This document shows, one piece after another, positions 48,694 through 58,082 of a stretch of 64,000 bases of DNA (positions within the stretch are counted from its first letter, which is position 1; each line of letters opens with the position of its first letter). The stretch is from assembly GCA_002480485.1 (NCBI GenBank), contig DLCF01000131.1, forward strand, positions 10,380 through 74,379, in the 5' to 3' direction. A program made the translations under genes and the position numbers. Under the pieces are notes generated by a model. It had not been told where the DNA came from. It worked only from the letters and a program-made list of their open reading frames with translations, and did not search any database. This stretch comes from Planctomycetaceae bacterium UBA7805 (GTDB lineage: Bacteria; Planctomycetota; Planctomycetia; Pirellulales; UBA7805).

Positions 48694-48858
48694 AAATGTG
48701 TAGCGATAGGAGAGATTAACGCTCTTGACGTAAAAAAACCTGGTTTTAACACTTTCCCGCTACCATCCATACTGTCGGATTTCAAATGACGGCGTTATGC
48801 TGGAGGATCCCGATTACATCCCCCAAAACGGCGCTTCTCGCCGAAAGAAGTACACATC

Positions 48859-50145
48859 ATGCAATCTTCGTCTGCTGCCGATCCGGTTAACTTTTCTACC
48901 ACCACATTCGAGGTCGGTGGTCGCGAGTATCGCCCGCCGGCATCGCCAGTCGCCGTACTCTGCATCGACGGTTGTGGTTGTGAATACCTGGATATCACGA
49001 TGGCCCATGGCCGTATGCCGAACGTCATGGCGATGGTTGCCAATGGATATCGAGGTTTGGTGCGGGCGGCATTACCAACTTTTACAAACGTGAATAATGC
49101 TGCGATTGCCACGGGGCTCCCGCCAAGCGAAACGGGTATCAGTGGTAATTTTTTCCTCAATCCGGAGACGGGCGAGGAGGTCATGATGAACTCGAAAGAG
49201 TTCCTCAGGGCGGATACCATCTTTTCGGCTGCTGCAAAGGCGGGACGGAAGATCGGAATTGTTACCGCGAAAGAAAAATTACGTGATATGCTTTCGGCGG
49301 GGCTTGAGATTGGCGTGCCCGGAGGCGCGATTGCCTTCTCGAGCGAAAAAGCAGATCAGGCACAGTCTGTCACGCACGGGATTGAGAATGTGGAAACAGT
49401 GGTGGGTGAAAAGACTCCGAAAATTTATAGCGCGGAGGCAAGTCTGTTTGCTTTGCGGGCCGGAGTGGCGTTACTTCAACAGCAGAAGGCTGATTTCCTC
49501 TATCTTTCACTGACCGATTATATGCAACACAAATATCCACCCGAAGCAGAAGAATCGCTTGCCTTCTATGAGGGGATGGATCATGAAATCGGCCGTTTAC
49601 TTGAGCTCGGTGCTGTGGTCGGGGCCACGGCTGACCACGGAATGAATGCCAAGTGCAATGCCGATGGAGCTGTGAATGTGCTTTATCTGGAAACCGAAAT
49701 CAATAAAGCATTCGGCACAGGACACCGAGTGATTTGTCCGATTACTGACCCGTATGTGGTGCATCATGGGGCTTTAGGATCTTTGGTCATGGTGCATTTG
49801 GCGCCGGGTAGTGATGCCGATGCGATCTCCAGATGGATTCTTGCCCAGGACGGTGTGACCGAGGTCTTTGACCGCAATACGGCCGCCAACAAATGCGAAT
49901 TGCCGCCGGAACGGATTGGCGATCTGGTGGTACTGGCGGGTCGCGATTATGTAATCGGCCGTACACCCGGTGACCATGACCTTTCACAATTGGGTGGCAT
50001 GCTGCGTTCGCACGGCGGTAGGTACGAAGAGATGGTTCCCATGCTCTTGTCAGAACCGCTTAATCATGCCTACTACGCAAAGGCAGCGGGCGATCCGCGT
50101 AATTTTGATATTTTTCAGTTCACATGCAATGGAGTTCAGCGATGA
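48859..50145 (+). CDS. phnA: Phosphonoacetate hydrolase
   Basis: Motifs CIDGC, PTFTNVNN (Thr nucleophile), GISGN, YLSLTDYMQHK, TADHGM, PITDPYVVHHGALGS and LRSHGG; phosphonate gene context. Confidence 0.93.
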   Translation: MQSSSAADPVNFSTTTFEVGGREYRPPASPVAVLCIDGCGCEYLDITMAHGRMPNVMAMVANGYRGLVRAALPTFTNVNNAAIATGLPPSETGISGNFFLNPETGEEVMMNSKEFLRADTIFSAAAKAGRKIGIVTAKEKLRDMLSAGLEIGVPGGAIAFSSEKADQAQSVTHGIENVETVVGEKTPKIYSAEASLFALRAGVALLQQQKADFLYLSLTDYMQHKYPPEAEESLAFYEGMDHEIGRLLELGAVVGATADHGMNAKCNADGAVNVLYLETEINKAFGTGHRVICPITDPYVVHHGALGSLVMVHLAPGSDADAISRWILAQDGVTEVFDRNTAANKCELPPERIGDLVVLAGRDYVIGRTPGDHDLSQLGGMLRSHGGRYEEMVPMLLSEPLNHAYYAKAAGDPRNFDIFQFTCNGVQR

Positions 50146-51584
50146 GTGCGACTGCACCGACCGAGAGTGCTTTAGAATTACCGTGTTACGTGGCCGGGGA
50201 GCCAGTTCTTGGCAGCAGTAAATTGGAGGTGCATTACCCCTACACTGGCGAGGTGTCAGGTGTGGTGCCGATGCTCGGCCGTGCTGAACTCGATGCATCT
50301 ATCGATGCCGCGTTACATTATAAATCTCAACTCACGCGTTATCACCGCTACGAAATTTTGGAGCGCGCAAGGGCCTTGCTCTCAGAGCGGGCTGAGGAAT
50401 TTGCTCACCTGATCCGAAGTGAAGCCGGCCTTTGCATGCGAGAGACACACTATGAGGTGGGTCGCGCACAGGATGTGCTGCAGTTTGCTGCCATGGAATC
50501 GCTTAAGGATGATGGCCAGATTTTTTCCTGCGATGTGTCGCCGCAGGGAAAAGCACGAAAGATTTTTACGCTGCGCGAGCCACTCAATTTGGTTGCAGCA
50601 ATTACGCCCTTCAACCATCCGCTCAATCAGGTAGCGCATAAACTTGCTCCGGCGATTGCTGCTGGGGTGCCGGTCGTACTGAAGCCTTCGAATAAAACGC
50701 CGCTGACAGCAATTCGGTTTGTGGAACTGCTATACGAAGCAGGACTTCCCGGACCAATGCTTAGTGTACTGCTCGGGTCTGTCGATGATCTCATTGAGCC
50801 GATGGTGGCCGATGAGCGTGTTGATCTGGTGACCTTTACGGGCAGCACGCATGTTGGCAAGCAATTGCCGAAGGTCGCGGGCTATAAAAAACTTTGCCTG
50901 GAATTAGGCGGTAACGCACCGCTAATTATTTTGGACGACGCGAAGCTTGATCTAGCGGTAACGCTTGCGGCTGAGGGTTGCTTCCGTAACTCCGGTCAAC
51001 GTTGCACGGCGGTGAAACGGCTTTTAGTTCACGAAAATATTCTTGCTGATTTCACTGGGCGTTTCCTCGAAAAAGTGAAAGAATATCCGGCAGGCGACCC
51101 GGCGGATGAGGCAACGCGGGTTGGTACGGTGATCGATGAGCCGGCTGCGGTAGAACTGGAAGATCGCGTGAAAGCCGCGGTTGCTCAAGGTGCTAAAGTC
51201 TTGGCAGGTGGAAATCGTGAAGGTGCGCTTCTGGAGCCGACCGTCATTGCCGACGTGCCACGGGATGCCAAGATGGTGGTCGAGGAATCGTTCGGTCCGC
51301 TTGCCCCGATTCTCTCAGTAAAAGACCTTGATGATGCCCTTGCTGTGGCCAATAGTTCGCAGTTTGGCCTCTCCAGTGGTATCGTCACAGAAAGTATGGA
51401 TTCAGCGCTGACGGCGGTGAAGGGGATCCGCAGCGGTACGGTGAACGTTAACCAGGTTCCCGGTTACCGCATCGAGTGCTCTCCATTTGGTGGAGTGAAA
51501 GATTCAGGACTGGGGATCAAAGAGGGTGTCATTGAGGCGATCAAGTTCATGACAACAGTCAAAACCTTTTCATTGCCCTGGTAG
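50142..51584 (+). CDS. phnY: Phosphonoacetaldehyde dehydrogenase
   Basis: ATGA overlap with phnA. DDGQIFSCD, ITPFNHPLNQVAHK, LELGGN, NSGQRCTAVK, and terminal KEGVIEA...KTFSLPW. Confidence 0.92.
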   Translation: MSATAPTESALELPCYVAGEPVLGSSKLEVHYPYTGEVSGVVPMLGRAELDASIDAALHYKSQLTRYHRYEILERARALLSERAEEFAHLIRSEAGLCMRETHYEVGRAQDVLQFAAMESLKDDGQIFSCDVSPQGKARKIFTLREPLNLVAAITPFNHPLNQVAHKLAPAIAAGVPVVLKPSNKTPLTAIRFVELLYEAGLPGPMLSVLLGSVDDLIEPMVADERVDLVTFTGSTHVGKQLPKVAGYKKLCLELGGNAPLIILDDAKLDLAVTLAAEGCFRNSGQRCTAVKRLLVHENILADFTGRFLEKVKEYPAGDPADEATRVGTVIDEPAAVELEDRVKAAVAQGAKVLAGGNREGALLEPTVIADVPRDAKMVVEESFGPLAPILSVKDLDDALAVANSSQFGLSSGIVTESMDSALTAVKGIRSGTVNVNQVPGYRIECSPFGGVKDSGLGIKEGVIEAIKFMTTVKTFSLPW

Positions 51585-51596
51585 GCGATCTGACTT

Positions 51597-53987
51597 ATGT
51601 TATCTGCTTCCCCTGACCAGGTGCGACCGGTGTTGCTGCGGACCGACGCTGAATTGGAAATGGGCGGCCACGTGCTCTCGGAACTCCAGTCGCTCTACCG
51701 GATCAAAACAGCCTCGAGCGACGCCGAAGAAACACTGATTCGGGAGGTCGCTAATGCAGATCTGATCTACACCTGCTACGCGCCGATCACGGCTAATGTG
51801 ATTGAATCTGCTCCTGCGCTGCGAGGCATTGTCAAATATGGCGTGGGTGTCGACAACATCGATTTGAAGGCAGCGGCCACGCGGGGCATTCCGGTGGTGC
51901 ATGCCCCTGACTACGGCACCGAGACGGTGGCCGATCAGGCTTTTGCCCTGCTGATCGCCGTGGCTCGTCAGACATCGCGGATTGATCGCGATTTGAAGTC
52001 AAGCGGTTGGCTCTGGCCGGAAAAAAAGTACCAGGGAGTCGATCTGGCGGGCAAAACAATCGGCATTGTCGGTTACGGCCGCATCGGGCGAGCGATGGCC
52101 CGACGCGCAGGTGGATTCGGGATGCGACGGCTCATTTACGATCCGCATGTCCCCGCTCCTGCGCATCTAGAGGAACTTGAGTTTGTCTCGCTTGGGCGGC
52201 TCATTGAGCAGTCGGATTTTCTTTCGTTGCACTGTGTGCTGACCGACGAGACGCGGGAGATCATCGGCGCTGCGGAGCTCGACAAGATGAAACCCTCGGC
52301 GATTCTGGTTAATGTTTCGCGAGGACCGCTGATCGAGGAACATGCGCTCGTCGCAGCGCTTGAGCAGGGCAGGATTGCCGGTGCAGGACTCGATGTTTTC
52401 GCGCGCGAGCCGCTCGCTGCCGACCACCCGCTTCTAAAAATGGATCAGGTAATTCTTTCACCGCACTTTGCCTTTTACACACGCGAGGCTTATGAGCGTT
52501 TAGAGGCAGACTGTCTGGAGAAAATTCGGCTGCTTACCGAAGGCAAGCTTCCCCGCGACGTCAAGAATGCTGATCTCTTGGCAAACGCTGCAGGGCAACT
52601 GCACCATGCAGCCGATGGGGCTAAATTGCCGAGTTATCAGCCCGACTTGAGCGAGGGCGATGTGAATACCTCACCACACCGCGAAGCCTGGCAACAGCAG
52701 ACCGGCGAGGCGAACCGGCAGCTATTGGCCCGAGACGCGCAAGCGTTTGTGCACCAAGCCCTCTCAACCCCATGCCTGAGTGGTCTGGTGGCAACAGACG
52801 GGGTGTTTCTGGAGGATCTAGATGGTCGCCGATATTTTGACTTCCACGGCAACAGCGCACACCAAATCGGCTACGGACATCCGCACATTAAAGCTGCCGT
52901 CCAACAACAACTCGATCAGCTTCCCTTCTGTCCGCGTCGATACACCAACGAAACGGCGGTTCGTCTGGCGGAGAAATTAATCGAGATTGCACCGATCGGT
53001 TTAAATCGAGTACTCTTTGCACCCGGCGGTGCAGAGGCGGTGGGGATGGCGATGAAACTTGCCCGCTATGCGACTGGCCGGCACAAAACGGTTTCAATGT
53101 GGGATTCCTTCCATGGAGCCACGCTCGAGACGATTTCCATTGGTGGTGAATCCCACTTTCGCGAGGGTCTCGGACCACTTTTGCCGGGCACGCTGCATGT
53201 GCCTTGGCCTCACGCAATAGAGGATGCCGGCGTGCTGGAGCGGTTGCTTTGCGAACAGGGTGACATCGGAGCGGTGATCGCCGAGCCGATCCGTTGCACG
53301 ACACTTGAAATGCCACCGGCCGCCTACTGGCAAGCGATACGAAAGCTATGCGATCAATATGGAGCCCTGCTTATCTTTGATGAGATTCCGATCGCTCTGG
53401 GGCGAACGGGAAGCTGGTTTTATTGTGAACAGCTTGAGGTCGTTCCCGATATGATTGTGCTGGGCAAAGGTCTCGGAGGTAGCCTTTTTCCGCTCGCGGC
53501 GGTGCTGGTGCGCGAGGAACTTGCCGATGTATCTCAGCGATCGGTGGGGCACTACACGCACGAAAAAAGTCCGCTTGCCGCGGCGGCCGGTCTAGCTACG
53601 CTTGAGGTGATCGAGCAGGAAAATTTGCTCGCCAAGTCGAAATTGCTTGGTCGCCAAATGCGAGAGCAATTACAGCAACTCGCTTCAAACGAACCGATCA
53701 TCAAGCAGGTACGTGGTGTTGGTCTCGCGGTTGCGGTGGAAATTGCGACTGATGGAGCCGGCGGTAGCGACGCGGCAGAGCGGATTATGTTCGAGTGTCT
53801 CCGTCGCGGACTAAGTTTTAAGGTGTCGGCGGGCTGTGTCCTCACGCTCACTCCGCCGTTGACGATAAGCGAGGAGCAACTCGGCGAGGCGCTGGCGATC
53901 TTGAAACAATCGATTGTGGCGGTGGCAAGGCAAGTCAAAAGCGTTTCGACCGGAGCCCCCCTGCGACAAACCGAGTCAATTGCCTAA
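51597..53987 (+). CDS. Fusion of a D-2-hydroxyacid dehydrogenase-like domain (PbfF-like) and a class III PLP enzyme (PbfA-like (R)-1-hydroxy-2-aminoethylphosphonate ammonia-lyase)
   Basis: About aa 1-320: GVGVDNID, GYGRIG, NVSRG, DVFAREP, SPH. About aa 350-796: EGDVN, HQALSTPCL, DFHGN, SFHGA, FDEI, LGKGLGG, GHYTHEKSP. One uninterrupted ORF. Confidence 0.88.
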   Translation: MLSASPDQVRPVLLRTDAELEMGGHVLSELQSLYRIKTASSDAEETLIREVANADLIYTCYAPITANVIESAPALRGIVKYGVGVDNIDLKAAATRGIPVVHAPDYGTETVADQAFALLIAVARQTSRIDRDLKSSGWLWPEKKYQGVDLAGKTIGIVGYGRIGRAMARRAGGFGMRRLIYDPHVPAPAHLEELEFVSLGRLIEQSDFLSLHCVLTDETREIIGAAELDKMKPSAILVNVSRGPLIEEHALVAALEQGRIAGAGLDVFAREPLAADHPLLKMDQVILSPHFAFYTREAYERLEADCLEKIRLLTEGKLPRDVKNADLLANAAGQLHHAADGAKLPSYQPDLSEGDVNTSPHREAWQQQTGEANRQLLARDAQAFVHQALSTPCLSGLVATDGVFLEDLDGRRYFDFHGNSAHQIGYGHPHIKAAVQQQLDQLPFCPRRYTNETAVRLAEKLIEIAPIGLNRVLFAPGGAEAVGMAMKLARYATGRHKTVSMWDSFHGATLETISIGGESHFREGLGPLLPGTLHVPWPHAIEDAGVLERLLCEQGDIGAVIAEPIRCTTLEMPPAAYWQAIRKLCDQYGALLIFDEIPIALGRTGSWFYCEQLEVVPDMIVLGKGLGGSLFPLAAVLVREELADVSQRSVGHYTHEKSPLAAAAGLATLEVIEQENLLAKSKLLGRQMREQLQQLASNEPIIKQVRGVGLAVAVEIATDGAGGSDAAERIMFECLRRGLSFKVSAGCVLTLTPPLTISEEQLGEALAILKQSIVAVARQVKSVSTGAPLRQTESIA

Positions 53988-54034
53988 AACCATAATGCGA
54001 CGAAAAAAAGAAACACTGATAACGGAGATACCGC

Positions 54035-55171
54035 ATGGATTCCTTGCCTAAAGACAAACCGCTGTTCACCCCTGGACCGCTGACAACAAGTCTGAGTGTC
54101 AAGCAAGCTATGCTTCGCGACATCGGTTCGCGTGACAACGAGTTTATCGGTGCCGTCCGCGAGTTGCGTGATGAACTACTTCGAGTCGGTGGCGTTTCTC
54201 AGCAAGACGGTTACGAGGCTATTCTTATGCAGGGGAGCGGTACTTTCAGTGTCGAGGCAGTTATCGTTTCTGCCATGCCACCTTCCGGCAAGCTTTTGGC
54301 AGTGGTGAACGGTGCCTATGGCGATCGGATTGTCAAAATCGCTCAAGTCCACGGAATCGAAACGGTGGTGCAGAGGTATCGAGAAAATGAGATGCCCTCG
54401 GTCGAGGCTGTTGACGAGGCATTGGCTGCCGATTCGGAAATCAAAATGGTGGTTGCCGTACACTGCGAAACGACCTCGGGTATCATCAATCCAATCGAAG
54501 CAATCGGTAAGCGGGTGGCGAAATATGAACGTTGCTACTTCGTCGATTCCATGAGCGCATTTGGCGCTGTGCCGCTCGACCTGGAGGCAGCGAAAATTGA
54601 TTTTCTTGTCTCGTCGGCCAATAAGTGCATTGAAGGAGTTCCCGGATTCGGCTTTTGTATTTGTCGCCGAGAGGCGTTGCTTGCGACCCGTGGTTGGTCT
54701 CGAACACTCAGCCTGGATCTGCTGGCGCAATGGGAGGGGCTGGAGAAGAATGGCCAGTTCCGGTTTACACCACCTACCCATACGATTCTTGCATTCCGCC
54801 AGGCGTTGCGGGAACTTGAGGCGGAAGGGGGTGTGGCGGGTCGCGCGGCACGTTACGAGGAAAACTATCGCACGCTTTTAGCCGGCATGCGTTCGCTGGG
54901 GTTTGTCGAATATGTCGATCCTGACTTGCAAGGGTACATTATTACCTCGTTTCGGTATCCTGAAGATCCAAATTTTCAGTTCCAAAAATTTTATGATCTT
55001 CTCAACGAAGCGGGGTTTGTAATCTACCCCGGCAAGGTGAGCGATGCCGATTGTTTCCGCATCGGCAATATCGGGCGACTGAATAAGAGTGATGTCGAAG
55101 CGTTACTCTTAGCCATTCGGCAGGTCCTCGAGACGATGCGGGTCACGCCTGCCGTCGGGGCCGGCAACTAG
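54035..55171 (+). CDS. phnW: 2-aminoethylphosphonate--pyruvate transaminase
   Basis: Motifs [52 protein letters not shown] and IYPGK. Confidence 0.96.
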   Translation: MDSLPKDKPLFTPGPLTTSLSVKQAMLRDIGSRDNEFIGAVRELRDELLRVGGVSQQDGYEAILMQGSGTFSVEAVIVSAMPPSGKLLAVVNGAYGDRIVKIAQVHGIETVVQRYRENEMPSVEAVDEALAADSEIKMVVAVHCETTSGIINPIEAIGKRVAKYERCYFVDSMSAFGAVPLDLEAAKIDFLVSSANKCIEGVPGFGFCICRREALLATRGWSRTLSLDLLAQWEGLEKNGQFRFTPPTHTILAFRQALRELEAEGGVAGRAARYEENYRTLLAGMRSLGFVEYVDPDLQGYIITSFRYPEDPNFQFQKFYDLLNEAGFVIYPGKVSDADCFRIGNIGRLNKSDVEALLLAIRQVLETMRVTPAVGAGN

Positions 55172-55182
55172 CAGTAGGTCAA

Positions 55183-57327
55183 ATGAAGGGCATGTGCGTG
55201 GATCTCATCGCAACCACGACGATGGGGCTCGAGGCGGTGGTCTCGCGCGAACTGAGTGCGCTAGGCTACGATAACCGAATCGTCGATACAGGGCAGGTCT
55301 CATTTGAGGGTGAGATCGGTTCGATCTGTCGTACGAATCTGTGGCTGCGGACGGCCGGCCGAGTGCTGCTACAAATCGGCACGTTTGAGGCGACCGATTT
55401 CGATCAACTCTTTGAGCGGACGCGATCGATCGATTGGGAGGAGTGGTTGCCAGCCGATGCGGCCTTTCCGGTCAGCGGTCGCAGTCGCAAATCGAAACTC
55501 ACTAGCGTTCCGGCCTGTCAGCGGACGGTCAAGAAAGCGATTGTAGAAAAATTGTGTGCGGCGCACGCGGTCACCACCCTGTCAGAAACAGGCCCTACTT
55601 TCGAGGTGGAGGTGAGGTTACTGGAGGACAATGTGCAGCTGCTGATCAACACGAGTGGGCCGGGACTACACAAACGGGGATACCGTCCGCTTCGGGGTAC
55701 GGCACCATTGCGGGAGACGCTTGCGGCCGGGCTGGTCCTATTAAGTTTTTGGAAAGCGGGTCGACCTTTTGTTGATCCCTTCTGTGGCAGCGGCACGATT
55801 CCGATCGAAGCTGCAATGATTGGTCGCAACCTTGCTCCCGGTCGTAACCGAAAGTTTGCGGCAGAATCGTGGCCGCAGTGTCACGGTTACTGGGAACAGG
55901 CCCGCAGCGAAGCGGCCGATCTGGCCGAAGCAACGCTCGAAGAAGGGGTGATCGGCCAGGATATCAGCGGCGAGGCGATTTCGCAGGCACGGCATCATGC
56001 GAGCCTTGCCCAGGTCGCGAGTGATGTCCACTTCCAACGGCGTGCATTTTCCGAACTGTCCAGCAAGCGGCAGTACGGATGTCTGATCACCAACCCGCCG
56101 TACGCCCGCCAGGTGGGAACCGATCGTGAGGTGACCGCCATCTATCGTTCATTGCCGGAGGTGCTTCGACGGATGCCCACCTGGTCACACTCTGTTTTGA
56201 CCGCTTATCCAGACTTTGAAACATTAGTGGGACAGCCGGCAGATCGTCGGCGCAAACTTTACAATAGCCGTATCGAGTGCACCTACTACCAGTTTCACGG
56301 GCCGCGACAACCCAAACCGGGTGTCGAATTATCACCGTTGCCCGCGCAGGCGTTTGGTGGATTGTCGAAACAGGCAGAGGGGCAGGCTGAAATTTTCCGT
56401 AATCGACTAGCGAAACGTGCACGACATCTGCGGCGATGGCCAACTCGCAGAGGCATCGGTTGTTATCGGCTCTACGATCGAGATATCCCCGAGGTACCGC
56501 TGGTGGTTGATCGTTATGAGGACTACCTCCACATCACGGAGTATGAGCGGCCCCACACGCACACCATCGCTGAGCACGCGGACTGGCTTGATTTGATGAA
56601 ACGAACTGCAGCCTCGGTATTAGAGGTTCCACTGCAGCACATTTACCTGAAAAAACGTTTGCGACAGCGTGGAGACAGACAGCATGAGGTGGTCGCCACC
56701 GAGAAAAAAATTGTGACCATCGAAGAGGGAAAACTGAAGTTTCAAGTGAATTTGTCAGATTACGTCGATACCGGTTTATTCCTTGACCATAGGATCACCC
56801 GCGATCTCGTGCGGTCGCAGGCAGCAGGCTGTCGATTTTTAAATTTGTTCGGATACACTGGTGCGTTCACGGTATACGCCATCGATGGAGGTGCGACCAA
56901 GACTACCACGGTCGATCTCTCACAGACCTATCTCGACTGGACGGCTCGAAACCTCGCACTCAACCACATGCAGGGACCGGCACATCGTATGATGCGCAGC
57001 GATGCAAAGACATTTTTAGATGGTTTGCCGCTCGATGCGTGTTTCGATCTTGCGGTTGTAGATCCGCCGACATTTTCCAATAGCAAGCGGACCGAAAACT
57101 TTTGGGAAGTCCAGCGAGACCATGTTGAACTTCTTAACGCGGTCATCGCGAGGATGGTCCCCGGAGGAACGATCTATTTTTCAACCAATTTTCGCCGTTT
57201 TAAATTTGACGAAAGCTCTCTGCAGCAGGTCTCGATTCGAGAGATCAGTCGACAAACAGTCCCCGAGGATTTCCGCAATAAGCGCGTCCATCGCTGCTGG
57301 CGAATAATTCGCTGTGAGATGACCTGA
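55183..57327 (+). CDS. rlmKL: Bifunctional 23S rRNA methyltransferase RlmKL
   Basis: THUMP region, LHKRGYR, APLRETLAA, DPFCGSGT and NPPY; second half YRLYDRDIPE, DTGLFLDHR and DPPTFSNSKR. Confidence 0.95.
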   Translation: MKGMCVDLIATTTMGLEAVVSRELSALGYDNRIVDTGQVSFEGEIGSICRTNLWLRTAGRVLLQIGTFEATDFDQLFERTRSIDWEEWLPADAAFPVSGRSRKSKLTSVPACQRTVKKAIVEKLCAAHAVTTLSETGPTFEVEVRLLEDNVQLLINTSGPGLHKRGYRPLRGTAPLRETLAAGLVLLSFWKAGRPFVDPFCGSGTIPIEAAMIGRNLAPGRNRKFAAESWPQCHGYWEQARSEAADLAEATLEEGVIGQDISGEAISQARHHASLAQVASDVHFQRRAFSELSSKRQYGCLITNPPYARQVGTDREVTAIYRSLPEVLRRMPTWSHSVLTAYPDFETLVGQPADRRRKLYNSRIECTYYQFHGPRQPKPGVELSPLPAQAFGGLSKQAEGQAEIFRNRLAKRARHLRRWPTRRGIGCYRLYDRDIPEVPLVVDRYEDYLHITEYERPHTHTIAEHADWLDLMKRTAASVLEVPLQHIYLKKRLRQRGDRQHEVVATEKKIVTIEEGKLKFQVNLSDYVDTGLFLDHRITRDLVRSQAAGCRFLNLFGYTGAFTVYAIDGGATKTTTVDLSQTYLDWTARNLALNHMQGPAHRMMRSDAKTFLDGLPLDACFDLAVVDPPTFSNSKRTENFWEVQRDHVELLNAVIARMVPGGTIYFSTNFRRFKFDESSLQQVSIREISRQTVPEDFRNKRVHRCWRIIRCEMT

Positions 57328-57333
57328 CCCTAA

Positions 57334-57356
57334 AACAACGACAGTGTCTGTTGTTC
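57334..57356. terminator. Possible hairpin between the convergent rlmKL and methyltransferase genes
   Basis: aacaac-gac-agt-gtc-t-gttgtt bulged stem; no clear U-tract. Confidence 0.25.
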
Positions 57357-57374
57357 ACAGGGTGGTAAAGTAAC

Positions 57375-57983
57375 CTAAAGGTCGTTTACGCGGCAGAGGG
57401 AAATTTCGTCGCGGGCATCGTAACTCAGGAACAAGGCGTCGGGACGCCCGCATCGTTTGATGATCGCGCGAAAGAAGTCGTGTTCGTCCGGCCAGGGAAA
57501 CCCGTACACCAGATCAAAATCGGTCAGATCCATATCAATCGCATCGTAAGCCGGCGGCATATCGATGACCGTGCGGTTGATCGCATATTCTTCAGAAAAA
57601 CTGATATCAAATTGCTCCGGGATGAAACTCCCGTGCGCAAATTGAGCGTCGCTTCCATGCCGCTCCGCTAAATCATTTGCATGATCAATTAGGACCGGTT
57701 CGGTCTCAATTCCATAGGATTCAAATCCCATGCGACTGGCCATGATCGTGAGCACACCCAAACCTGATCCCCACTCCAGAAAAGTCCAAACTTGGCCATG
57801 AAGTTTTTTCAGCACTTGATACAGCGCGGCGTAATCCCCACTAACATAGCCTTCAAACGGCGGCGTCAATCGGTGGCGTTCCCAGATTTGGTGGGCTTCC
57901 TGCCAGAGATCTTCAAAGTCCTCGAGTAGCGGACATTCACTGCGAACTGAACCATCCTGATGGTTGTTTAGATTCTTTGTCAT
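57375..57983 (-). CDS. Class I SAM-dependent methyltransferase
   Basis: Motifs FLEWGSGLG, YGIE, GSF and DLVYGFPWP. Confidence 0.8.
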   Translation of the reverse strand: MTKNLNNHQDGSVRSECPLLEDFEDLWQEAHQIWERHRLTPPFEGYVSGDYAALYQVLKKLHGQVWTFLEWGSGLGVLTIMASRMGFESYGIETEPVLIDHANDLAERHGSDAQFAHGSFIPEQFDISFSEEYAINRTVIDMPPAYDAIDMDLTDFDLVYGFPWPDEHDFFRAIIKRCGRPDALFLSYDARDEISLCRVNDL

Positions 57984-58082
57984 ATCAGGGCAGAGTAAAT
58001 GTTTGATTTTTTGTATCGCGGGAAACGTACAGAATACATCGCAGTTTCCGTTTGTCCGCGATTAAATCGGTAGTGGTAAGAG

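Noticed and set aside
51597-52560. N-terminal domain of the fusion as phosphite dehydrogenase (PtxD) or SerA
   Set aside because: There is no ACT domain or ptxABC context, and fusion to a PbfA-like enzyme favours a role in HAEP metabolism. Not formally excluded.
55183-57327. Two methyltransferases fused in one ORF
   Set aside because: This is the well-known RlmKL architecture.
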